From positions 1-59,482 of the forward strand of contig JALHMH010000029.1 of the NCBI GenBank assembly GCA_022844165.1: a stretch of 59,482 bases of DNA. Direction: 5' to 3'. A program made the translations under genes and the position numbers. The stretch's first letter is position 1. Each line of letters opens with the position of its first letter. This DNA is from Lysobacterales bacterium (lineage in GTDB: Bacteria > Pseudomonadota > Gammaproteobacteria > Xanthomonadales > SZUA-5). Under the pieces are notes generated by a model. It made no database searches. It saw only the letters and a list, made by a program, of their open reading frames with translations, and had not been told where the DNA came from. This document shows, piece after piece, positions 28,287 to 37,302 of this stretch.

Positions 28287-29086
28287 ATCGCATCGATGCT
28301 CGCTTCCGCGCCTTGGGCGAACAGGGCCGCACGGGACTGATCACTTTTTTGACTGCTGGCGATCCCGATCCAGCGTTGACACATGTTGCGATGGTGGCAC
28401 TCGTTGAACACGGCGCCGACCTCCTCGAATTGGGCATGCCGTTCTCCGATCCAATGGCGGATGGACCCGTGATCCAGCAAGCCAATGAGCGCGCATTGGC
28501 CAAAGGTGTGGGCCTTAAGCATGTGCTCGAAGCCTTGCGCCGGTTTCGCTCGAGCGACGCTGCAACCCCGGTCGTATTGATGGGATACCTCAATCCGATT
28601 GAGCGCTATGGTACTGAGCGCTTTATCGCCGATGCCGCCGCCGCTGGTGCCGATGGTTTGTTGCTGGTCGATTGCCCAATCGAAGAATCCGCCGGCTATC
28701 GACCACTGCTCGACGCCGCGGGTTTGAAGCAGATTCACTTGATCGCGCCGACGACGCCTGCCGCACGCCGCCAACGTATCGCTGCGGAAGCCGCGGGTTT
28801 TTTGTACTACGTATCGTTCAAGGGCATCACCGGCGCTGCACATCTTGAGCAGGACAGCGCGCTCAAGGCGATCGAGCAAATCAAATCTGAAGTCGGCGTG
28901 CCGCTCGCGGTGGGGTTCGGGATCAAAGATGCTGCCAGTGCACGCTCACTGGGCGAACATGCCGATGCCATTGTGATCGGCAGCGCGCTTATCGAACGCA
29001 TGGCGCCCTGTCAGGACGCAGCCGCTTTGCATGTAGCCATCGGCGCGTTTTTACAACCGATTCGCGCAGCGTTGGATGCGACGTGA
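28283..29086 (+). CDS. trpA: Tryptophan synthase alpha chain
   Basis: [43 protein letters not shown] motifs. Confidence 0.97.
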   Translation: MNRIDARFRALGEQGRTGLITFLTAGDPDPALTHVAMVALVEHGADLLELGMPFSDPMADGPVIQQANERALAKGVGLKHVLEALRRFRSSDAATPVVLMGYLNPIERYGTERFIADAAAAGADGLLLVDCPIEESAGYRPLLDAAGLKQIHLIAPTTPAARRQRIAAEAAGFLYYVSFKGITGAAHLEQDSALKAIEQIKSEVGVPLAVGFGIKDAASARSLGEHADAIVIGSALIERMAPCQDAAALHVAIGAFLQPIRAALDAT

Positions 29087-29090
29087 AAGA

Positions 29091-29112
29091 CGCATCGCCC
29101 TAGGGCGATGCG
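29091..29112. terminator. Perfect 22-bp palindrome between convergent genes; possible bidirectional terminator or REP-like hairpin
   Basis: CGCATCGCCC-TA-GGGCGATGCG right after the trpA stop; no U-tract. Confidence 0.45.
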
Positions 29113-29160
29113 ATAGTCAAGTGTCGAAGTGCCTCTGCTCGGATGCCCGCAACGCAGGCT

Positions 29161-30507
29161 CTATCTGGGCTCGAAACCGTCCACCATGATGTCGGGATTC
29201 TGGAACGGCGCAGCTGCCACGGGTACATCCGCCGATAAACACCACTCGACGAGCTGGCCGCTGATACCGTTGGCCACCGCGTCATCGATCGTCAAACGCC
29301 AGTTGCCGTTGCCCTGAGCGGTGTCGAACAGCGTCACATTGCCTTCGGCAAACAAACGACCGCCCAACGCCGGTTCAAACAGGTTGCAGGAACCGGCAGG
29401 TGTGCTTCCCGCGCGACCAAAGACCGCTTGTAACCGACGACCAGTGCACGGGTTGCCACCTGGGACAGCAACCGTCGGGCTCATCAGTGTGACCGGGCCG
29501 ATGACCGCAGGTGAGGTCTGCGTCAGCGAAACGCGCAAGTCCCCGACGTTGCCATGGTCGGCATGCACTGTGACACGGAGATTGGGGGTCCCCGAACCTG
29601 GATTGAGTCCGGTGGTTGTGACGTCCATCGACATGCTGCCGCCATCGGGGATGAACTGCCCGGACGAGAAGCAGGCTTGGGCAGTACGAAACACGGGGCG
29701 ACGCACCGGCTCGTTCAACAACTCATCGCTGACGCCGCACACATTGCGTCCTAAGGCACGCCATTCGTAGCGTGTATCGGGCGTCAAAGCCACCGGCAAT
29801 TGATGGGAAGAGGCTGTGCCTGTCCAGCAATACGTGTTGGGTTGGCATACCGAACCGACCGGCTCAAACTGCAAGCCAGAGTCCCCGCACTCCTGGGCGA
29901 ATGCATCCTGTGCCGAACAGCGCGCGACATCGAATCGATAACCCGTAACACCCAACGTCGGATCCCACGAGAAGAACGGCCGTGTTGGCATATCGGTAAT
30001 CAGATTCGGCAACGGCGCGTAGTACTCAATCGGCGGCGGCGGCATGAGGGTTTCCAGCGTCACTGTCATGTTCGCCGTCCGAGCCGGACCAAACTGACCT
30101 GTGGTTCTACCGCGAAACGTCAGCTGGCGAATGCCTGCGGTATTGACCGGCCCGACGATCAAACCCACATCCGTGGTTCGGGTGGTGGGATTGCCGGGTT
30201 GCGCTGCATTCAGCAACGTTGGATTCGGATTGACCGCTTGCATGTAGTAATACGGAAAAAACGACCCCACCGGCTCGGTATAAGCGTAGTCGGTGTAGTC
30301 GTAGCGCCACGTATAGAGCAGCCGCAGCTGCATCTGATCGTTGCGACACATCGTGTATGGCTGCGAATTATCGATCACACCATTGGGATTGTCCGCTGTG
30401 CGTATCAACGCATATTGCGGACGCAGCGAGAAGTCTTGGGCGCTCACTGAGCTGGTCATGACCAGCATCAATGCCGCATACACGAGACGAGGTTTCAACG
30501 CACGCAT
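29161..30507 (-). CDS. Secreted protein with Fn3-like and proprotein-convertase P-domain-like modules and C-terminal DGFE motif (448 aa)
   Basis: Signal peptide MRALKPRLVYAALMLVMTSSVSA after a GGGAG RBS; FSW..GYRF..YEWRALGRNVCG (Fn3-like); HGNVGDLRVSLT..GNWRLTIDD..GQLVEWCL (P-domain); ends PDIMVDGFEPR. Confidence 0.8.
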   Translation of the reverse strand: MRALKPRLVYAALMLVMTSSVSAQDFSLRPQYALIRTADNPNGVIDNSQPYTMCRNDQMQLRLLYTWRYDYTDYAYTEPVGSFFPYYYMQAVNPNPTLLNAAQPGNPTTRTTDVGLIVGPVNTAGIRQLTFRGRTTGQFGPARTANMTVTLETLMPPPPIEYYAPLPNLITDMPTRPFFSWDPTLGVTGYRFDVARCSAQDAFAQECGDSGLQFEPVGSVCQPNTYCWTGTASSHQLPVALTPDTRYEWRALGRNVCGVSDELLNEPVRRPVFRTAQACFSSGQFIPDGGSMSMDVTTTGLNPGSGTPNLRVTVHADHGNVGDLRVSLTQTSPAVIGPVTLMSPTVAVPGGNPCTGRRLQAVFGRAGSTPAGSCNLFEPALGGRLFAEGNVTLFDTAQGNGNWRLTIDDAVANGISGQLVEWCLSADVPVAAAPFQNPDIMVDGFEPR

Positions 30508-30695
30508 GGAGCTACTCCCACCCATACTGGGACGCACATAGGATAAACCATTAGGAATCAAGCACAAAGCACTCATTCCTAATAAATTGCGCAAATAGCG
30601 ATCGAAAACGCGCACCACATCAGTGTGCACCGCCTTGTCTGAACGAATCTGCCAAGTCCGTCAAAGCTCTTGGCAGAGGACTGTACCGAGATGTT

Positions 30696-33600
30696 CTAAG
30701 GGCCAACCTTGGCTACTTGCGCATCAAGCACACCCTGCGCCGCCGACAACTTCTCCTTTGCGTAGGCAATCGCTCGTTCTGCATACCGGCGCGCGGCCGG
30801 CGTCGGCGCATCCATGGCAGCGCCAAGCATCCATTGGGCTTCGCCGAGCCGATCCATCGCCGCGTTCGGTGCGGTATAGCCCTTAACGACCTGTGGGTTC
30901 TGCCAGAGCGTCAGCGCCGCCTCATCGATCGCTTTTGTGGCTTCTGCGATCGTCTTCAGACGGACCTTGACGGCGTGATCGTCGCCCAAAACCAGCGTCG
31001 GATCGCCGCGCAACAGCGCTGCCTGTTCCGCCTCGACCTGCGTATTCTTCAGCCCCCATTGCGCTTTCGCCGCATTCAGAGCGTCCAAAAGATCGACCAC
31101 ACTGGTTTGCACCTTGCCGATGTCCACCAGCGCTTTCTGGCGCGCTGCGAGCGCGTCGAGCGATACGCTCGAGCGCGGATCGGACCGCACCTCCAAAGTG
31201 CCCTCTGCGCGCGCATCGCCGTAGCGCAGCCTGACCCTGTAGTTGCCAGGCAGCACCGACGGACCGGCAGGATCGAACAATCCCGGCGGCGCCGGCGATC
31301 GAGGTGGTGTCATTGCAAGATTCCATACCCAGCGATTGACCCCTTGCTTTGGATCGATCTCGACAAACCGCATCAGCGCGCCGCCGCCATCGCGGATCTC
31401 GATGCCAAGCTTCGCCGCTGGCTTGCTCGGATCGGGTGCCGGCGCCGTGGCTTTGCGCTGGCGCTCGGCGTCAGCATTCGGGTGTGGCAACGTGGCATCG
31501 TTCAGGACCACGGTCAACACAGCGCCTGGGCTTTCGTTTTCGCCCATATAAGCGGAGTTGCCGCCGAATCGCGGACCCGCGGGCTGCTGCATTGAAATCA
31601 AGGTGCCCGGCGTTGTATCGATCAGCGCCAAGGTTGTGGTCGGCAGGCCACGGACCATGGCGCGCAATCCACCGACATCGTCGATTACAAAAAAACCTCG
31701 GCCATGCGTACCCAGCACCAGGTCGTCCTCGCGCCGCTGGAATGCCAGATCCATCACCGACACCGAACTTGGCAGACCATGCGTGAACCGCTGCCAGGTA
31801 CCGCCCGCATCGAAAGACAGGAAAAAACCGAGCTCGGTACCCAGATACAACAACTTCGGCTCCGCAGGGTCTTCCATCAACGCCAGTGCATAACCGGTGA
31901 CGCCCGCCAACGCCAGTTTTGTCGCTCGGGCTCCAAACTCATCGACACGCCACGCGTATGCAGCCATGTCGCCATTGCGATGATTGTCGAGCACCACAAA
32001 GGCGCGACCGGCGACCGACGATGAAGGGAAGATATGCGCGATGTAGCCGTCGTTCGGGGCACCCCGCAAAGCGACTTCGCGCCATTCACCGCCGCCATTT
32101 GTTGTGATATGCAAACGACCATCGTCGCTGCCAGCCCAAAGCACACCCTTACTCAGCTCGCTGGCCGCCAGCGCAATCAACGTGTTGTGATTTTCGGCGC
32201 CGGTGATATCCGGCGTCAGACCACCGTTTTTGCTCTGGTTCTGACGCTGCGCATCGTTGCGCGTCAAATCCGGCGAAATCGTCTGCCAGGTTTCGCCACG
32301 ATCATCGCTGCGGTGAACGAATTGGCTGCCGAAATAGATCGTTCCGCTGGCGAAAGGATCCTGCGCAATCGCAGCATTCCAATGAAAACGCAGTGGCACC
32401 GATTCATCATCTGCCGCCGGGCGAATCATGCGGCGCGAACCAGCTTTGGTGTCGTAACGCACAACGTACCCTTCCTGGCTCATCGCGTAACCGCGTGAAG
32501 CATCGTCAGGGTCGGGCATGGTGTCGAAACCGTCGCCGAAATTGACCTCACGCCAGTGATGATTTTGGATGCCGCCGGCCTCCCAGACTTGACTCGGCCC
32601 TTGCCAGGAACCGTTATCTTGCAGCCCGCCGTAGATGTTGTATGGCTGCTCGTTATCGACGCGCACATGGTAGAACTGGCTCAGCGGCAAATTCGTCACG
32701 TAGCGCCACGTCGCGCCGCGATCGTAGGAAAAACCGACGCCACCGTCATTGCCATTGATCAACAGATCGCCGCGCTGTGGATGTACCCACAAGGCGTGGT
32801 GATCGGGGTGCAAATCGTCCCAACCGATGAAGGTCTCAAACGTCTTGCCGCCGTCGTTCGACACCTCGCCAACCACCGCCAGTTTGTAGACGCGCTCGGG
32901 CCGCTCGGGATCCACGATCAAATCGGAAAAGTAAAACGGCCGCGGGTGAACGTTGACGCTTTCGTTGACCTTGATGAAGCTATCGCCACCATTATCCGAA
33001 CGCATCAGCACGTTCGCCTGCGCTTCGACAAGCGCATAGATTCGGTTGGGTTCGCTGGGCGCCAGCGCCAGCGCGATTCGGCCCAACTCCCCGGCTGGCA
33101 GGCCTTCACCGGGCCCAAGTTTTTGCCAGTTCTCGCCGCCATCGACTGACCGATACAACGCCGAACCCGGCCCGCCAGATTTGAACGAATACGGTGTGCG
33201 CGCAAACTCCCAAAGCGAGGCATACAGCCGATTGGGATTGTGCGGGTCGATGATCAGCTCGCTGGCGCCAGTTCGTTGATTGCCAGTCAGCACCGCGCGC
33301 CACGTTTTGCCGCCATCGCTCGATTTGTATACGCCGCGCTCACCACCGCCGCTCCACAGTTTGCCCAACGCAGCGACCCAGATCGTCTGGCTGTCCTGCG
33401 GATGAACCACGATCCGGTGAATGCGCTCGGAGGTCTCGAGGCCCATCAGCTGCCAGGTTTGACCGGCATCGGTCGAGCGATAAATTCCGCCGCCAATGGA
33501 TGCCGAATTGCGCACATTGCCCTCGCCGGTACCCACCCAGACGGTATTGGCATTCTGGGGATCGAGCTCAATGGCGCCGATCGCATGGATGGCCTCTTTG

Positions 33601-33833
33601 TCAAACACCGGGTTCCAGGTGATACCGCTATTGACACTCTTGAAGACGCCGCCGGTAGCGCCACCGATATAAACGACGTTCGGATCGGCAGGGTCCGCAG
33701 CAATCGCGGCAACGCGACCACTCATCGCGGCAGGCCCGATCGAACGCGCTTTGATTCCGGCCAGCATGTCCATGTCCACGGCAGCGTGCGCGCCTGCCAT
33801 CAAGAGCAAACCGGTGAGCAGCAGAAATCGCAT
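30696..33833 (-). CDS. Secreted BNR/Asp-box (VPS10/sortilin-like) beta-propeller protein, putative glycosyl hydrolase
   Basis: Signal peptide; RSIGPAAMSGRV; many S.DGG.TW Asp-box repeats; YGGLQDNGSW; GTHGRGF. Confidence 0.88.
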   Translation of the reverse strand: MRFLLLTGLLLMAGAHAAVDMDMLAGIKARSIGPAAMSGRVAAIAADPADPNVVYIGGATGGVFKSVNSGITWNPVFDKEAIHAIGAIELDPQNANTVWVGTGEGNVRNSASIGGGIYRSTDAGQTWQLMGLETSERIHRIVVHPQDSQTIWVAALGKLWSGGGERGVYKSSDGGKTWRAVLTGNQRTGASELIIDPHNPNRLYASLWEFARTPYSFKSGGPGSALYRSVDGGENWQKLGPGEGLPAGELGRIALALAPSEPNRIYALVEAQANVLMRSDNGGDSFIKVNESVNVHPRPFYFSDLIVDPERPERVYKLAVVGEVSNDGGKTFETFIGWDDLHPDHHALWVHPQRGDLLINGNDGGVGFSYDRGATWRYVTNLPLSQFYHVRVDNEQPYNIYGGLQDNGSWQGPSQVWEAGGIQNHHWREVNFGDGFDTMPDPDDASRGYAMSQEGYVVRYDTKAGSRRMIRPAADDESVPLRFHWNAAIAQDPFASGTIYFGSQFVHRSDDRGETWQTISPDLTRNDAQRQNQSKNGGLTPDITGAENHNTLIALAASELSKGVLWAGSDDGRLHITTNGGGEWREVALRGAPNDGYIAHIFPSSSVAGRAFVVLDNHRNGDMAAYAWRVDEFGARATKLALAGVTGYALALMEDPAEPKLLYLGTELGFFLSFDAGGTWQRFTHGLPSSVSVMDLAFQRREDDLVLGTHGRGFFVIDDVGGLRAMVRGLPTTTLALIDTTPGTLISMQQPAGPRFGGNSAYMGENESPGAVLTVVLNDATLPHPNADAERQRKATAPAPDPSKPAAKLGIEIRDGGGALMRFVEIDPKQGVNRWVWNLAMTPPRSPAPPGLFDPAGPSVLPGNYRVRLRYGDARAEGTLEVRSDPRSSVSLDALAARQKALVDIGKVQTSVVDLLDALNAAKAQWGLKNTQVEAEQAALLRGDPTLVLGDDHAVKVRLKTIAEATKAIDEAALTLWQNPQVVKGYTAPNAAMDRLGEAQWMLGAAMDAPTPAARRYAERAIAYAKEKLSAAQGVLDAQVAKVGP

Positions 33834-34099
33834 CAGCTATCTCCTTCGTGGGTATGCCGCGTTCGCCACGGCGTGAGGGTGAAGTCTTTGGGAACTGGAT
33901 CATGCCCGCCTTGGCAGCCCGGATGACAGCGGCCGATGCGACAAATCGTCAGATACGCGCCACGAAGCGAGCCGAATTTGACGATGGCATGCGCCGAATA
34001 GCGTGAGCATGTGGGGTAGAAGCGGCACTGCGAACCGATCAGCGGGCTCAGAAAGCGCTGATACTGGCGAATCAGAAACAACAGCGCGCGCGTCACCAT
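33833..34099 (-). CDS. yidD: Membrane protein insertion efficiency factor
   Basis: IRQYQRFLSP..CRFYPTCSRY..RIGRCHP..GGHDPVP signature. Confidence 0.95.
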   Translation of the reverse strand: MVTRALLFLIRQYQRFLSPLIGSQCRFYPTCSRYSAHAIVKFGSLRGAYLTICRIGRCHPGCQGGHDPVPKDFTLTPWRTRHTHEGDS

Positions 34100-34153
34100 G
34101 GCCGAAAGATAGCCGATCGGTCAGAATGCGGCGTGTGATGAGTAGCAGCGCCC

Positions 34154-34702
34154 ATGACCAGATCGCGGAAACCTAAAAAACGCCCGCCCCTGCCGATCGG
34201 CCAATGCCCGACGCTGATCGTTGCCGACGGCGACGGTACCGAGCTTCGGGTGGCACACCTGGCGGCGGCACGCGGTTGGCCGGTACTTGGTTACGTGCCG
34301 CGCGGCCGCAGCGGCAGCGCGCGACGCCCGGGCACGTTCAGCGAACACCCGCTGCAGGCAGTGAAGTGGAACACAAGAGCGGCAGACCTGACGATCGTGT
34401 TGACGGCAGACGCGACGTTGCATGGACGGGCGCGCTGGGCTGCGTTATGGGCTGCGCGCTACCGTAAACCCTGGTTGCACTGGTGGCCTGGCGTCGCAGA
34501 CGATGCGCGCCTGCGGACGTGGCTCAGAACCTATCGATGGCGAAGCCTGCAGATCACCGGCGCCGCCGAGCATCAGCTGGGGCCCGCGGCGGCGCTGATC
34601 GAACCCCTGCTGGCATCAATCTCAGGTCAAGCTTACGGTAGAGTTACCTCTTCACCCACAACGGACCACAACGATGGCTATCAAACCGAAAAGCCACATT
34701 GA
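34154..34702 (+). CDS. Divergent putative molybdenum-carrier/cpYpsA (SLOG) family-like protein
   Basis: GYVPRGR, KWNTRAADLTIV, AARYRKPWLH, WLRTY..LQITGAAE align by eye to the family pattern GWCPKGR, WNVRDSDGTLI, A...KP, WL..LNVAGPRE. Confidence 0.55.
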   Translation: MTRSRKPKKRPPLPIGQCPTLIVADGDGTELRVAHLAAARGWPVLGYVPRGRSGSARRPGTFSEHPLQAVKWNTRAADLTIVLTADATLHGRARWAALWAARYRKPWLHWWPGVADDARLRTWLRTYRWRSLQITGAAEHQLGPAAALIEPLLASISGQAYGRVTSSPTTDHNDGYQTEKPH

Positions 34703-34916
34703 AATCACCATCCATTCGATGAAGGTGTTTCTCGATGACGGTAAACTCGACATCGCCGAACTCAACTTTTTGCTGGGCCTGGCGATGCGCGACAACGGCA
34801 TCGACGAAGACGAACGTCGGGTGCTCAAGAACATTCTGACGCAGGCCGAGAAGAGCCCACTCGATCCGAGCACAAGGGCGCATATCGAACAGGTGCGGAC
34901 CGAGTACAACCTCTAA
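34674..34916 (+). CDS. Small helical hypothetical protein with two acidic DG.(L/I)D..E loops (TerB-like)
   Basis: 80-aa ORF with typical codon usage; DDGKLDIAE and RDNGIDEDE repeats. Confidence 0.7.
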   Translation: MAIKPKSHIEITIHSMKVFLDDGKLDIAELNFLLGLAMRDNGIDEDERRVLKNILTQAEKSPLDPSTRAHIEQVRTEYNL

Positions 34917-35073
34917 CGAGGTTCCACCTCAGACTGCCGAGCATTGTTGGCTTCGCCAGACACCGTATTTCCCACAACCCGCGCTTCGCATTTCCGGCCC
35001 AGCGGCGCAGCCGCCGGGCGTTCGACTCGGCACACGCCTGCAGCGTGTCAGCGCCGAGTCTCACCCCCTTGTA
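34913..35073 (-). repeat. Repeat family B, reverse copy
   Basis: Reverse complement aligns with 53131-53295 (TACAAGGGGG..CGGCGCT..GGCGTGTGCC..GGGCCGGA..GTTGTGG..GCGAAGCCAACAATGCTCGGC..TCTGAGG); its end contains the TAA of the 80-aa gene. Confidence 0.8.
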
Positions 35074-35186
35074 TGTTGCTTTCGGGTGTAAGTTAGGCGT
35101 TGAGAGCAGGAGCATGGGCGACCGTCCCCGCGAGAAACGGTAAGCCGCGATGCAGATGCCTGCGGTCTTTCTGCGCTTCCCAAAGC

Positions 35187-35609
35187 CTATGAGGGACAAG
35201 CTTTAGAGTGCCAGTCGAGCCAAATCAAGCCGGGCACTCGGGAAAACTCACTGGCGTTTCGGGTGACGAGCGTACCTCGATACCGAAGCGCAGTAGCGGC
35301 GATGAGTGTGTCATGCGGTCCGATGGGCAATCCACTGCTCTCCCGTTCAACTCGAATGGCCGCCGCGTGGCCCGCGCATTCGCTGTCGAATGGCAGCACG
35401 ATCATTGGTCGAAGCAATGTCGCCAACGCCGACAGTCGCGGAACGGCCGCCTGGGTCGGCAACCGGAGCAGACCGTAACGCAATTCATATTCGACGATCG
35501 CCGGCACTGCGAGATTGCCCGGCGATTGAGCTTGCATGTGCGCTACGACGACAGGATCGCCTCGAAAATAGTAGCTGACGGTGTTGCTGTCGAGAATCAG
35601 CATCTGCAT
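35187..35609 (-). CDS. vapC: Type II toxin, PIN-domain ribonuclease
   Basis: ILDSNTVSY, EYELRYG, PIGPHDTLIAATAL, LVTRNASEFSRVPGL. Confidence 0.92.
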   Translation of the reverse strand: MQMLILDSNTVSYYFRGDPVVVAHMQAQSPGNLAVPAIVEYELRYGLLRLPTQAAVPRLSALATLLRPMIVLPFDSECAGHAAAIRVERESSGLPIGPHDTLIAATALRYRGTLVTRNASEFSRVPGLIWLDWHSKACPS

Positions 35610-35613
35610 CCGC

Positions 35614-35838
35614 TCAAAAACCGAGACGTGTTACGTCGACGCCCGTCGGTTCAACTTCGCGTAACGGAAAGTCCGGGAAGCTCCCTGCCAAAGCCAGACA
35701 ATCCGAAGGCCATTCGTTTGCTGCGTATTTCCGAATGAGCTCACTGACCCAGCGGCTCTTCGATATACCGTTGGCCTGGGCTGCCTGATCTACGAGCGCT
35801 TGAACAGCAGGGTCCAGGTACAAAGTAATTTGCGACAT
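35614..35838 (-). CDS. vapB: Type II antitoxin, CopG/ribbon-helix-helix
   Basis: MSQITLYLD..AAQANGISKSRWVSELIR; lies directly upstream of vapC. Confidence 0.85.
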   Translation of the reverse strand: MSQITLYLDPAVQALVDQAAQANGISKSRWVSELIRKYAANEWPSDCLALAGSFPDFPLREVEPTGVDVTRLGF

Positions 35839-35898
35839 GAACTCGGCCCATAAAAGTATTATACGCTAGCTTATATGTGGCCGTGCTCGCGGTCAAGC

Positions 35899-37302
35899 TT
35901 AACGTTTCTTGCCCAGTTTTCGCGTCAGCGTATTGCGCCCGCAACCCAGTCGTTTGGCCGCTTGCTGACGATCTCCTGCGGTGAGTTTTAGCGCCTCATC
36001 GAACAGCGTACGTTCCAGCGCTTCTTTGGCGTTATCGAGCAGCTGCGGCGTGTCGGCGATTAGTTGGCCTCGGGCCCAATCGGCCAGCGCCCGGGTCCAA
36101 TGCGTATCGCCAGAAGCGCCCTGCACCAGCGATTCGGCGCGAATTTCGTCCGGCAAATCTGCCTGCAGGATCACGGCGCCTGGCGCCATCAATGCCAGTC
36201 GTTGACACAGGTTGCGCAGTTCGCGGACATTGCCTGGCCATGCGAAGCGCGTGAGCGCAGCCACGACTTCGGCGGATAGCTGCTTGGGTGCAACGCGCAT
36301 TTCGCGCGCCGCTTCGCTCAAAAAGCGGTCCGCAAGCCGGGCAACATCGGACAGGCGCTCGCGCAGTGGCGGCAAGTGGATGCGCACGACGTCAAGCCGA
36401 TGCAACAGATCCGCGCGGAACTCGCCTTTGCCGGCTTTGGCTCGCAAATCCTGGTGCGTTGCGGCGATGACGCGGACATCGCTCTTGATCAACTCGCGCC
36501 CACCAACACGATAGAACTCGCCTTCCGCCAGTACGCGCAGTAAGCGCGTCTGCAAGCCGAGCGGCATATCGCCGATTTCATCGAGAAACAGAACGCCGCG
36601 TTGCGCCTGTTCGAAACGACCTTGATGACGACGGTGCGCGCCGGTGAACGCACCCTGCTCGTGCCCGAATAGCTCACTTTCAAGCAACTCAGGGGCGACG
36701 GCCGCCGTATTGAGCGCTATGAAAGGCCCGCCAGCGCGTGTCGAATGGCGGTGTAAGGCGCGTGCGATCAGCTCCTTTCCTGTACCCGTCTCGCCAGTGA
36801 TCAGTACCGACAGATCCGCACGAGAGAGACGACCGATGGTGCGAAAGATCTCGCGCATCGCGGGTGTGTCGCCCACCAATCCTTCGTCTGACCAGACGGT
36901 TTCCGGCAACGGCGTTTCGCGCGCGGTGGCGCGCCGTGCCATATCGATGGCCTGATCCAGTTCGAAAGGCTTGGGCAGATAATCGAATGCGCCGCGATGG
37001 AACGCAGCAACCGTGCTCGGCAGATCCGTGTAGGCGCTCATGATCACCACCGGCAGGCCATTCGCGCGCTCGCCCAGTTTCTCCAAAAAGCGCATGCCGT
37101 CCATGCCCGGCATACGCACATCCGAAAACACCAGATCGGGACGGCGCTCGCTCAAGGCGCGCAACGCACCCTCGGCGGCATCGAAACTCTCGACGGCAAA
37201 ACCGGCGCTCGCCAGCGCTTTCTCCAAGACGAAGCGTATCGAGCGATCGTCGTCGACCAACCAGACCAGTCGTCGATCCAGCCCTGGCGCAGGCGCGCTC
37301 AT
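35899..37302 (-). CDS. ntrC: Nitrogen regulation response regulator NR(I), sigma54 activator
   Basis: REC domain (VDDD, DVRMPG), GETGTGKE, GAFTGA, FLDEIGD, WPGNVREL, C-terminal HTH GRNTLTRKL. Confidence 0.96.
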   Translation of the reverse strand: MSAPAPGLDRRLVWLVDDDRSIRFVLEKALASAGFAVESFDAAEGALRALSERRPDLVFSDVRMPGMDGMRFLEKLGERANGLPVVIMSAYTDLPSTVAAFHRGAFDYLPKPFELDQAIDMARRATARETPLPETVWSDEGLVGDTPAMREIFRTIGRLSRADLSVLITGETGTGKELIARALHRHSTRAGGPFIALNTAAVAPELLESELFGHEQGAFTGAHRRHQGRFEQAQRGVLFLDEIGDMPLGLQTRLLRVLAEGEFYRVGGRELIKSDVRVIAATHQDLRAKAGKGEFRADLLHRLDVVRIHLPPLRERLSDVARLADRFLSEAAREMRVAPKQLSAEVVAALTRFAWPGNVRELRNLCQRLALMAPGAVILQADLPDEIRAESLVQGASGDTHWTRALADWARGQLIADTPQLLDNAKEALERTLFDEALKLTAGDRQQAAKRLGCGRNTLTRKLGKKR

